64,000 nucleotides of DNA from Scyliorhinus canicula. Its lineage: Eukaryota. The DNA lies in contig NC_052152.1 in NCBI RefSeq assembly GCF_902713615.1, positions 52,117,810 to 52,181,809 of the forward strand, read 5' to 3'. Of the stretch, positions 48,801 through 58,715 are shown piece by piece (position 1 is the stretch's first letter; each line of letters begins with the position of its first letter). The notes below the pieces were generated by a model. That model was not told the origin of the DNA and ran no database searches. It saw nothing but the letters and a program-made list of their open reading frames with translations. The position numbers were made by a program, and so were the translations under genes.

Positions 48801-51800
48801 AAACAAATTTGCGGAGATGATAGATTTTTAATAAGTAGCAGGATGAAGGGTTATGGGGAGTGGATAGAAAGGTGGAGATGTGACCAAGATGACATCAGCC
48901 ACGATTGTATTGGATGGTGGAGCAGGCTCGAATGGCTACATTGCCTACTGCTGCTCCTAGTTATTATGCTCTTATGTTAAAAGTCATGTATTCCTGATAG
49001 CTTCTGTCAGAGTTGCAAATGCAAAGAAATTGCTCCTTCAGCATCGCTGTCATTTTCTCTTATCGTATCTGTGCTATGGTAATTTCATTCATTATTTTCA
49101 CTTCAGTGTCTTAGTTGCAGGAAAAGGAACAGTTCATACTACTGAATAAGTAGCCACTTATTCTAGTCCCGCAATTTGTATGAGCTGTTTAAGAAATGTG
49201 TTTACCTGCTGTATGCACCTGAACAATTGTTATTGCCGATGTATTCTCTCCCACTTTGTACCAGATGTTGTTGGGGTCCAAGAGCCACTCCTTCACATGA
49301 CAATAGTAACTTCCGCTATCATTCACATCAGTGTTTTGTATAATCAGTTTGTACATGTCATTAGAGGGTTTCTCACTCTGGAATTTCATTTTCATCTGAG
49401 AATCAGCTAGCAATTCTCCGTAGTACCGAACAATATCATTGCGATCGATATTCAGAAGACGTTCCCCTTTCACATTTGCCCCCTGCATCTTACTGAAGAG
49501 CCATGTGACTGAGAATCGAGAATCATTTTGAGTTTGAGCTAAAATTTTACATGCAAGTTCAGTGAAGTCTTTGATTTCTTTCTGTATTATTGTAACTTCC
49601 TCAGAGAGTTTCAAAAGACTGTCTGCACAAATAGAAAAGACAGCATGTCAAAATAATTTGGCAATATTTTTCTACAACATTTAGGTTCAAGATGATGTAT
49701 GACAGAAATCGGCCAATACCCAATTATTACTTTAGTATTACAAACTCAGTGGTGCTAATGAGCATGCTGTACAGTTGAGCTCATGGCACTAATGATGTTT
49801 CTATTTTAAATTTACACCTTAATCTTCATCCAGTTCTTTCATATAGCTATCTTACGTTGACATTAGGGTAAGAGGTTGAAGCGTGTGCATTTAATTACGT
49901 ATTACAGCTCTTCAAATAATGTATTTGACTAAAGTAGCTCAGATAAATACATGTAATCTAATTTGCACAAGCATTTTTTCGTAATTGGTTACATGCGAAT
50001 GAGCACATGTAATTGATTTGTGCTAATGATCGAAAGTCTTTTTGTTGACTTTCTTTTGAAATCTATTTATAACAAACTTTCTTATATTTAATTATAGTCA
50101 ATTTATTTTGTTTTCCACAGGGTCACATTTTCCTTTCCTCCCGTCAGTTTTTTCTCCTTCTCACAAAGGTGCTGACTCCTGCTGGGATATGACTCAACAG
50201 ATGCCAGGAGCTTTCCTGTGCCATGCTGCAAGCACCATTATCCATGTGTGATCCTTGACAGTGAGTGTTTGCAGGCTACTTAACGACCGAGGACTCTGCC
50301 GCAGAGCCTGCTGCTATCTTTCTCTGATGTCCACACACTTCTCCAGTAGGAGTCACTGCACGTTTGGTACATTTTTTTTCCTTCCCCATCCCAGAATCAC
50401 CAAGCTCATTTTTCTCTTCCCGCACACAGCTGGTGTTAGAAGTGGGCCATTTTGCTCCACTTGGCTTACTTCCACACTGCACTTACCAACTGGAGCCATT
50501 ATTTCAATTCCTTTCGTTCTTTTCTAGAAGGCTAGCTTAATATCTCTCGAATTGCAAACAACTGCCCGTTTTTCCATGTTAGTGATCCTACAAATACAAA
50601 AAAGGTAACCTGCAACCTTACCTGGGGGTCTAACTTTCACTTGCAAGATGTTTGATGTTGCACTGGTTTTCTTGACCCACTGGTTTGAATGATGCCTTCC
50701 CCATAATTCTGCAATACATAGGAACTTCCCAGCTTCCAGTCTACTGGCTCGAGAGATAGTCAACTTGACAGTATTGGTCGCAGTTTTCACGACAATAATT
50801 TTTCCTTTGAAGTTCTCCGCCTTGTCCCCCCACTTAATTGCAGTGTCGTAGGTGAAAGTAACAAGGGGGTAGCTGTCATTGGAATTTTCTGGTTGAAATT
50901 TCCAGGATACAGATGCTGGCACATGGGTAATCTCTGAAGGACGAATGATACACTGAAGTTCAAATGTACCGTAGTACCTCACGGCTGGTGTCCGGGTTAT
51001 TGCTGTGACTACAAAGCTACTTTCTGTAAACATTAAAAAGGAAAGATTAATTGATATCAGCAACTTCCCCAAGACTTCTCAGTGATGTCAATTCCCTTGG
51101 CAGATATTCTAGAAATTGTATAGGTCTGGCTTTGTTTGACCAGAACAATGCTCCTTTAACTAATTCAAAGACTTCTTGAACGTAGAGACCACCGTTTTCC
51201 CCCCTCGACAGATTCAAATGAGCAGCTTGTCTGAAGACCGAGGAGACCCTTTAGGGAATTCTGAAACTTTGCTTTACTGTGCCAGTAAAGGCAAGAGGGC
51301 TCGTCCTGGTTCCACAGGGAAAGCTGCAGCCTCTCCTGCCCCGGATTCCAACACCCCTTCCTTCTACTAGATCCTGCTGTTGATCTGTCGATGCTAGTTA
51401 CCTGGGAGTCAGTGGATGGTGCTCATGTATGCCAGTGGCTGTTCTGCATTGCTTCATGCCCAAATTTCAGGTCCAAAATATTTAAAATGAGATCTCCTGC
51501 TGTCTCTGCCAGCTGGGAAATCAACTCGCCCAAGTGGTTTCTTGTCAGAAACCAAGTTAAAGGTCATTTGAGATTTCCCTCATTACTTGTTGCCATTCCA
51601 TTTTAACAGATGTTCTATCTGGTCTGTTTTGTACGCCCATCATTTTCTATTTATACTTCTGATATTCAACCTTTGAGGGGTTTTATTTCAGTTGTTCAAT
51701 TTAAATATACTTTCTCTACAAAGCAATATGGAGACTCAATAATCCAGGGCTCCAGCACCCCACATCCTAGGATGGCAAGATCCTGCATGATTCCCCCACT

Positions 51801-53884
51801 GGGCGGATTTCCTGTCAGGGCCATGCAGAACATAAGAGGCCACCCGTGGATTTTGGGCATTTTTTTCAATGATATGTAGAAAATAAGAGGCGCGTTCACC
51901 CCTCCCAAAGATTCTCATGCACAAGTTACCTACCCAGTCACCTAATTGGGAATGATGCCTGGAACAAAGGACCCAGAGAGGAGTTTATTTTGATTAAAAA
52001 CTTATAAATGGAAAAGCAAGCAAAATCTAATCCATTCATTAAGTTGACAGCAAAATGCATCAAAATTAGTGAAGCCAATGAAAGACTAATTTGCGCCTTG
52101 ACTATGTATGATAGAAACAGGACCATCCTGTTAATAACTCGATCTACATCCAATTGAGAACACTGCAATTGTTTTAATTGAGGTATCATAGTTATTCAAT
52201 ACTGAATTGCTTACCAAGGGATTTGATAGTCACTGCCTTACTGTTGCTGACATACTCTCCGATTAGCTGCCAGTTTCCATTAGATTCTGCTTCCCATTCC
52301 ATCACTTTGCAAGCATATGTCCCTTGATCTGAAGCCAGGGCATTATAAATACCCAACGTGAAGGAATCCAATTTCACTCTTGCCATTCTGACATCACTGT
52401 TAATGACACGCTCATGGTAAGATTGATAAGTAACCTGAATACCATCTCGATTCATTCCAATTATATCACTCTTTTGGTTCTGTTGGTTAATGAATTGCCA
52501 GGTAATAGAGAGCTGACCATAGCCTGCAGTTTCTGAATGAATGTCACAGGCAAACTGCAGAAAATCACCTTCCAAAACCTCAGCGGTGTTACTGTTGATT
52601 ACCACCTTAAGGTTGGCTTCTGTGAAATGACAAAAAAATACTATAATGTGAGAAACGTAGAGAGGCCATGGACATTTGGTAGAGAGGAGGTTCTGTGCTT
52701 AATCAAACATTCCATTGACATGGTTCATGAACATCAGCAGAACAATAGCAGCTTACATTTATATAACACATTTAACAGGGCAAAACGTTTCAAGGTGCTA
52801 CCTTGGACTTCCTTTCACACCAAGCCACATCATGAGAAATCTGGAGCGACAACCCAAAGCTTGATCGAAGAGGTAGGTTTTAAGAATCACCTCAAAAGAA
52901 GAGAGGCTGGGAGGTTTATGGAGGAAATTCCAGAGCTAGCTGAAAGCGTGGCTCCAATGGTGGAGCAAATAAAATCAGGAATTCACAGCAGGCCCGAACT
53001 GGGGAATCACAAGGATCTCAGAGCTTTGTTGAGCTGGAGAAAGTTACACAGTTAGGAAGGGCCGAGACCATGTCAACTCGCTGTTATTTCAGTGTCCTCT
53101 GGCTCTTGACCCCTCCACCAATGGGAATAATTTCACCCTGTACCTACTCTCTCTAGATACCTGTGCAATTGGAAATCCAGCCAATTGCCAATGTACATTG
53201 GGATAGGAAGTGGTCTTAGATAGCAACATAGGTGAGAGATGGTGAATCTTTCAGCCTGCTTTATGTTCAGCCTGATCTTCTTTCCCATTGGCTTTAGTGG
53301 ACAATAAAAATCAGGCCAAGTGTAAATCTGGTTGCCATTTTGCTCCTCTGCCCCTGGTGAGTGTCAATCCCATTATGCCCGAGATTCCTAACATTTCATC
53401 CAGGAGCCGGCCAGCTACCCTGTCAGAATCAAAATATGAAACTGCTCCCAAGACCTTAATCGCTATCAAAAATATGAATAAATTAAGTTTGAATGTTCCT
53501 TACGTGGCCGCTGAACAGTGACTGAAACCTCCTTGGATTGTCTGCTAGAGAATGCTCCCGATGAAATTTTCTCACTCTCAGCCACCTGACAATGATATGT
53601 TCCACCATCCTCCGCTTGAATCTGATACATTTTCAGAACATAGTCCCTCTCGCTTTTCTTACTGACCATCACCTTCCCCAGGCTCTCTCTCATTTTATAA
53701 TCACTTTGAAAGGATGGTACTGCATTTGGTCCAATGCGAATGATTTCATTTTTGTTTAAGAACCAGGCAACAGAGAAGAAGCGCTCTGCGAAATTCTGAG
53801 CTTCAACCGTGCAGGTTATTTCCAGTGAGCCTCCGACAGTAACGTTGGCAGCAGTGGCTTTAATCAGAGCAAGAAACTCGTTAC
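30632..53884 (-). CDS. EWI-family immunoglobulin superfamily membrane protein (IGSF3-like / CD101-like), 5'-partial spliced CDS with 5 Ig-V exons plus TM/cytoplasmic exon
   Basis: Six exons of 381, 405, 402, 417, 417 and 200 nt with canonical AG/GT sites, all phase 1, join into one open frame ending at TAA 30634-30632. Each Ig exon has C-x15-17-W and D-x-G-x-Y/F-x-C motifs, and three carry EWI-like EW motifs (VMEW, VKEW, VEEW). Motifs GPNAVP, AITRTP and LFYFLFVYPF recall human IGSF3; KSLESS and EKSLW recall CD101. Orthology is unresolved, so no symbol is given. Confidence 0.9.
31093..31432 (-). mobile_element. HE1/V-SINE-like SINE (family A, long tail), intronic
   Basis: Family A core in reverse with atcatagaat tail. 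Confidence 0.88.
31975..32510 (-). mobile_element. L1/Tx1-clade LINE ORF2 C-terminal fragment
   Basis: DQPDLFMGRRANALAFASLIIRRRILLSWRS...LQMEKIKF; same family as 22200-22520. Confidence 0.85.
33830..34790 (-). pseudogene. HARBI1-like (DDE_Tnp_4) Harbinger transposase, disrupted
   Basis: Across frameshifts: LRLNKETVQHLCHIL...LPVAVKVTAAL, FSAIAGMSQVQWVIEAIHVAL, HSLNIQLVCDH...GSVHASYIL, GWL*EDQGYPLRTWLMMP...YNEAH. Confidence 0.82.
35262..35488 (-). mobile_element. HE1/V-SINE-like SINE (family A) nested in Harbinger
   Basis: Family A core; direct repeat gcccttgtac on both sides (35252-35261 and 35490-35499). Confidence 0.88.
37120..37440 (-). mobile_element. SINE with family A-like head and family B-like tail, intronic
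   Basis: Reverse-oriented head (ctaccgtgccgccc) and tail tgcaatgaagttactgtg...gtcacaagtag. Confidence 0.75.
38100..38787. mobile_element. PIF/Harbinger-type MITE (CpG-rich), intronic
   Basis: TIR gggcgaaattctcc / ggagaatccagccc, 3-bp TSD cag (38097-38099 and 38788-38790). Confidence 0.85.
39615..41185 (+). mobile_element. CR1 LINE RT and 3' end, degenerate, with a nested SINE
   Basis: VDVVYTDFSKAFDKVPHG, AYGMLAFIGRGIEYKS and RTLVRPHLEYCVQFWSPHY; ttctttgttctt tail. Confidence 0.9.
40401..40738 (-). mobile_element. HE1/V-SINE-like SINE (family A, long tail) nested in CR1
   Basis: Family A core; nearly identical to 60955-61301. Confidence 0.9.
41471..42183 (+). mobile_element. Rex1/Babar-clade non-LTR retrotransposon 3' end
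   Basis: Open frame 41496-41957: KKAQQRLYFLRKLKKFG...YRCTTESILSGCITAWYGN...LPSGRRFRSLRTCTNRLKNSFFP. (aatcc)n tail at 42165-42183. Confidence 0.88.
42809..43273. repeat. Long inverted duplication (foldback), ~220-bp arms, 22-nt spacer
   Basis: 42809-43029 is the reverse complement of 43052-43273, with about 5 substitutions and 1 indel. Confidence 0.92.
43534..43703. mobile_element. Short Harbinger-type MITE
   Basis: TIR ggctggattctcc / ggagaatccagacc, tta on both flanks. Confidence 0.65.
43905..44092 (-). mobile_element. HE1/V-SINE-like SINE (family A), 5'-truncated
   Basis: Family A core in reverse, about 110 bp from the exon donor at 44203. Confidence 0.85.
44203..44619 (-). CDS. IGSF3/CD101-like Ig-V exon (domain 7, membrane-proximal)
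   Basis: Acceptor tgtgtcacttctacag|ATGCAAAC, donor TCACCAG|gtaaga, 417 nt. Encodes ANLQLE...VELECHIV...FSVTWY...GDSGVYFCNVEEWVSNP. Confidence 0.92.
45822..46005 (-). mobile_element. HE1/V-SINE-like SINE (family A), 5'-truncated
   Basis: Family A core in reverse. Confidence 0.85.
46383..47141 (+). mobile_element. CR1 LINE 3' end
   Basis: KKAYGMLAFIGRGTEYKNWQVMMQLYRTLVRPHLE..VQFWSPHYQKDVEALER; ctttgttctttt tail. Confidence 0.9.
47291..47365. repeat. Imperfect (AAT/AAAT)n microsatellite
   Basis: caataataataaataataataataaaaataataataataa..., forming the tail of the adjacent SINE. Confidence 0.9.
47366..47545 (-). mobile_element. Family B-like SINE, intronic
   Basis: gttactgtgaaaagcccctagtcgccacattcc...ggaattgaacccgcgctgctggcc in reverse orientation. 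Confidence 0.78.
48030..48978 (+). mobile_element. Older CR1 LINE RT and 3' fragment
   Basis: VTSDVPQG..LGP and AKFADDTKI motifs, decayed; ctgctcctagttattatg-type tail. Confidence 0.8.
49206..49622 (-). CDS. IGSF3/CD101-like Ig-V exon (domain 6)
   Basis: Acceptor cttttctatttgtgcag|ACAGTC, donor ACAGCAG|gtaaac, 417 nt. Encodes SLLKLSEE...TELACKIL...FSVTW...NDSGSYYCHVKEWLLDP. Confidence 0.92.
50622..51023 (-). CDS. IGSF3/CD101-like Ig-V exon (domain 5)
   Basis: Acceptor ctttttaatgtttacag|AAAGTAGC, donor CCCCCAG|gtaagg, 402 nt. Encodes SSFVVTAITRTPAVRYYGTFELQCII...VSWKFQP...EAGKFLCIAELW...LQVKVRPP. Confidence 0.92.
52215..52619 (-). CDS. IGSF3/CD101-like Ig-V exon (domain 4)
   Basis: Acceptor ttttgtcatttcacag|AAGCC, donor TCCCTTG|gtaagc, 405 nt. 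Encodes ANLKVVINSNTAEVLEGDFLQFACDI...SITWQF...SDQGTYACKVMEW...VTIKSL. Confidence 0.92.
53504..53884 (-). CDS. IGSF3/CD101-like Ig-V exon (equivalent to domain 3)
   Basis: Acceptor ttttgtttcactgcag|GTAACGAG, donor CGGCCAC|gtaagg, 381 nt. Encodes NEFLALIKATAANVTVGGSLEITCTVEAQNFAERFFSVAWFL...IGPNAVP...EDGGTYHCQVAE...VSVTVQRP. Confidence 0.9.
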
Positions 53885-54129
53885 CTGCAGTGAAACAAAA
53901 TGAATATTCTTACTGTGGCAGGCAGTACATAGGGTTAAATCAAAAGCAAAGTGAGAAAACGTGCCAAAGCCATAGTCTGGCTATGGAAGACCACCATATC
54001 AATGCCAACTTTGAGGTTGTGTTGTGGGTTCTGACCCCGCCTTCCCGCGCGTTCTGAAGAATTTGATTGAGAATCCGCTGCAGAAGCTGCTGGAGACGTG
54101 GCAGAGTGAGGCTCAGCTCAATTCAATCC

Positions 54130-54425
54130 AGACCCCCCAATAACTCCTCAACCCCCAATATCCCCTCCCAAACACAACACTCTCCCAATACCCTCCAAAC
54201 CCAACCCCCTCCCAAACCCAATACCCCCTCAAACCATCACCCCCAATACCCTCCCCGAAACCCAACATCTTCCAACGCCCCCCATACCCCCAAACCCAAC
54301 ACCCCCCTCAAAACCTCCCCCCCATGCCCCCCCTCAACCCACCAAAGCCCCAAAACCCTGGCAAACACAACCCCCCAAACTCACCCCCCACAATCTCACC
54401 CCCCACAATCCGCCCCCCCCCCAAA
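54130..54425. repeat. C/A-rich low-complexity tract (G-rich on the gene's sense strand)
   Basis: More than 20 runs of C3-C9 separated by short A/T spacers, e.g. cccccaata, cccccctcaa. Confidence 0.8.
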
Positions 54426-56273
54426 AAAAAACTTTGATGTAGTGAGGAAAAGATAAACAGGTTGGCGTATAAATTAGATGGAAATATGGCCTGCCCTGCA
54501 ATTAATTTGCTTTAGTGACAAGAATGCTGGAAACAGTTTCTGTACTAAAGTCCTGATGGCCCAGGGAGGTGCTCCTAACATAATCAGCTTGCTTTGTTTG
54601 TGAAACAAGAGCTGTTAAATTTCACAGAGTTTCTGGTCCATTACTAAATTCAAATGGTCTTTCCCATTTAACTAGAGGTCCTGAGAGCACTCATGATTGG
54701 AGTGGGAGAATGGAATGTGGAGGGAGATTAAGGGATCAAAATAGGATGGAAGCAAATGGATGTAAAATTCAAACATTAGAAATTTCTGTAATGCCTCCTT
54801 ATCAAAATTCAGAGGCTGTCGCCAATTTGGTGTTGGCAGTTACCCAAAGCAAGTCAACAAGAGTAATTAGTGCATTTGCCTTTAAGTGGTGTACCCTGGA
54901 CCATAAAGGTTACTTTTAAATTGTAACACGGTCTCTCTGGTGTAAACTAGAGAGGGCCATTGAAGCTGAAATTGATCACATCAGCAATTGAAGTGTGCTG
55001 AAGGTTAAGAGCGGTGATTCACTCTGCGTATTAACATAATACTGGTGCTCATCAAAAGGTCAGTGATTCAAACTTCAACAAAAGAACTTCAGTTTGTACA
55101 TCTCAGACTGTTTTCACTATAATTAACCTGTCTAGTACATTATTGTCTGTTATGATCTCCTGTCACTACCACTATTAGTCAGAGTCGTTCCAAACCATTC
55201 AATGCTTGTCATGCAGAGACCAAGGGTAAAATACGAAAGTTTAGAAATATTAGAGTTTATGCTGTCTGCAGTTTGTCCTCACAAGATTACGCAATATAAC
55301 TGCACACATGTAAATCCTTATTGATGGCCATTTTTTGTAGTTGCTGTATTTCAATCATCAAAAGCTAAATTTGACTTGGTTCAATTGAATTGTGGAATCC
55401 AAATGTGTTATGTTCTTTGACCTAGTTCAGTGTTTCATTCCAGATAGAAGGTATGGTTTGATCCAGTTGCCGTGCATTGGGCCAATGTCTAGGGTTCCCA
55501 ATTGGTTCATACTGAAAAATAGGCACTTATTGGAAGAAATTTGAAGAATGTATATTCATGTATACATTGCCATGACTTGCCCACAGGAAGTGATGTGTCG
55601 GGAGTGTGGGAGTTCTCACCAGTGTGGCTCCAGGCATGGTGTGTAAAAGCAGCTGAAGATCTTTTCGGAAATCATGTAAATTGTAGTCAATTGTCATCAT
55701 TCCTATATAATCCAGCAACTTTACCCGGTGGCAGGAGCTGGCTATGATGGCACAAGGACTTTGGTGCATCAACCCACTCATCTTCCATGAGAGCATAGTG
55801 GATAATTGGAAATAGTTAGAGCAGGAATGGCCTGTGTACTGCTATGCCGGTCTCTCCAATAAATTGAATAAAGTACAAGCAAGCACGGGTCAAGAGGCAG
55901 TCAAAAACCTCTGAATCCTTTGTCTTCCAAGGGAGGAAGACCAAGAGAACCCCGAGTTATTATTTAAAAATTTGAACAATATGCACGCCAGTAAAAAATA
56001 ACATGGACATACATGTATTTTAACACCACCAACCAGAAACCCATGAATCGGTACATTCATTGGCTTCAAGATTGAAATTTCTGGGGAAAATAGTGCATGC
56101 TTGGCACTCTAACTGATGAACTTTAAAGAAACCATATCATGCGTGGAATACACAGTGATGCTGTTAGAATCCACCATCAGTAACTCCATGCTACATGACT
56201 AGTTGGGAAAGGAGAGAAACAGATTTTTCTTGGTATAGAACATGCCCTGCCTAAACTACAGCAGCCGGCATCT

Positions 56274-56507
56274 AATTTTAAAAAAATAAAAAATTTAGAG
56301 TACCCAATTATTTTTTTTCCAATTAAGGGGCAATTTAGCATGGCCGATCCACTTACCATGCACATCTCTGGGTTGTGGGGGTGAGACCCACGCAGACACT
56401 AGGAGAATATGTAAACTCCACACCGACAGTGACCCAGGGCCGGGATCAAACCCAGGTCCTCAGCACCCTAGGCAGCAGTGCTAACCACTGCGCAACCATG
56501 CCACCCG
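56274..56507 (-). mobile_element. HE1/V-SINE-like SINE (family A) nested in Gypsy
   Basis: Family A core in reverse. Confidence 0.85.
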
Positions 56508-58259
56508 ATACGTATTTAGTAAGCATTGGCAAATCAAACCACTTTGCGAAGTGTTTCAGGTCAACGTTACAGCAACTTGCCACTACCACAAGTCACTTTG
56601 CAGACAGCCACCCCGCCATGGTTTGGAATATGAACAAAGTGAATGAGCTCGAGGTAAATTAAAACAACCATAGAATCGAATTCCTTAAAACATTCTACTG
56701 CAAAAGCATCAACTTTATCATGGAAAAAGGTGAAACTTTTACATCAAACATAGCCCACAGCAATGCCAAATTTAAAGTCAATAACAACACCGGGGCAAAA
56801 TTCAATGTGTTGCTGAAGCGGCTTCTGTGGGAAATTGAGACCTGTGCTGTACTAGATTCCCCCACAATCTTGTTGCACATGGTGGACAAGCCATATACAC
56901 AGAAAGCATGGTCACGCTACACTGCACACAGGGCAAGTTCCAGTTTCACATAAGACATCAAACTACTGCTGAGTCTCCAGGATAGCATTGCATTGAGGTT
57001 AGCCCACATTGGGCCCAATGTACATTCTACAGCACCAAGCCCCAGAAATGCTAGAAATCAAAAATCTGTTCTACTGAGATATTATTGGGAAGCTACCCAT
57101 CATATGTTACATGAGGCAGGTGACTCAGTAATGCCTGCTGTCTGTGCTCCAAGAAGAGTACTCTTGTCATGAAACAGAAAGTAGTTGATGAATTGGAAAG
57201 AATGACAAGATTGGGTGTCATAGGCCCAATTGATGAAGCCACAGAGTGGGTTTCTGTGATGTTAGCTGTGTTAAAGAAAGATGGCACAGTCAGGATCTAT
57301 ACCGACCCAGTTCACCTAAATAAAGCACCTCTGGGACCCTACCCCACTCTCTGAATACGGTTGAACAAATGATAGCCGAAATGTCCAATGCCAAGGTTTT
57401 CGGTACCTTGGATGCCGAATGTGGATTTTGGCTAATCCTGCTGGATAAAGAATCTTTGAAGTTCACCACATTCATGTCTCTGGTGGCCAGATACAGGCCC
57501 CTCCGCATGCCCTATGGGTACTTCCACTGCTAGTCAGATCTTTAACGGTCCATAGAACAGCTCATTACAGGGTAGCCTTGTGAAATCATCATTTTATGAC
57601 ATCCTGGTCTGGGGTTGTACAATGCAAGAACATGATGCCCGTCTGCGTTTGGTCCTCAACAGAATCAGAACCACAGTTGAAGCTCAACCCTGCTAAATCT
57701 CTTCGCAGGTCAGCTAGGTCCCTTGCATGGGCTACCTGCTTATCACTGATGATGTGAAGTCAGACCCAGATAAGACAGCCGCTGGATGGCAAATATCCAC
57801 TCAGGGACAAGCATGCCCTGCAGCGTTTCCTGGCATGATGAATTATTTATCAAAGTTCATTCCCTGTTGCAGTGAGGAAACTGGATCCCTTCATCAACTT
57901 CTCCACCAGGATGTTGAATAGCATCGGCAGCAGCACCACAATGCTGCACTGAACATGCTCAAGGATCTACGATCAGATCCTCTGGTGTTACAATACTTCG
58001 ATGCCTGAGCACCTGTACTATTATCAGCAGATGCCTCTTAGCATGGGCTCGAAGCAGTGTGCATCCAGAATGGCAGACAAGTGGCTTTTACATCAAGGGC
58101 TCTCATTGACACTGATATCTGCTATGTGTAGATTGAGAAGGAACACCTTGCCCTTGCATGTCAAAAATTCCATGATTTAATCAATGGCCGCCCTGCCAAC
58201 ACTGAAACTGATTACTAGCTGCTCATCACCATTCTTGAAAACGTCCTCCATACTGTGTC

Positions 58260-58715
58260 TACCGGCGCATGCGCAGGGGAGGGGGTCTCTTCCCCCCCCC
58301 CGCCATGGTGAAGGCCATGGCGGGGCAGAAGAAAAAGAGTGCCGCCCATGGCACAGGCCCGCCCGCCAATCGGTGGGCCCCGATCACGGGCCAGGCCCCC
58401 CTGGGGTCAGATCCCCCAGCGCACCCCCCCCCCCCCCCCCCCCGATCATGGGCCAGGCCACCCTGGGGTCAGAACGCCCTGCACGTCCCCCCCGTCCCCC
58501 CCAGAACTCAATCCCACCAGAAACAGAGGTGGTTTAAACCATGCTGTCGGGAAAGGCCTGTCAGCAGCGGGACTTCGGCCCAATGCGGGCCGGAGAAACG
58601 CCGCAGGGGGCCCGCTGACCGGCGCGGCACAATTCCCGTCCCCGCCAAATCTCGGGGGGCAGAGAATTCGGGACACGGCGGGGGTGGGATTGACGCCGGG
58701 AATTCCGCCCCATGT
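58260..58715. mobile_element. Harbinger-type MITE fragment nested in Gypsy
   Basis: CpG-rich, shares gatcacgggccagg and gaggtggtttaaacc segments with 38100-38787. Boundaries approximate. Confidence 0.65.

Noticed and set aside
50487-50523. 37-nt poison-exon-like segment (ctag|...CAGTTG|gtaagt, minus strand) 98 nt after the domain 5 donor
   Set aside because: The donor is strong but the polypyrimidine tract is poor, and there is no other support without RNA data.
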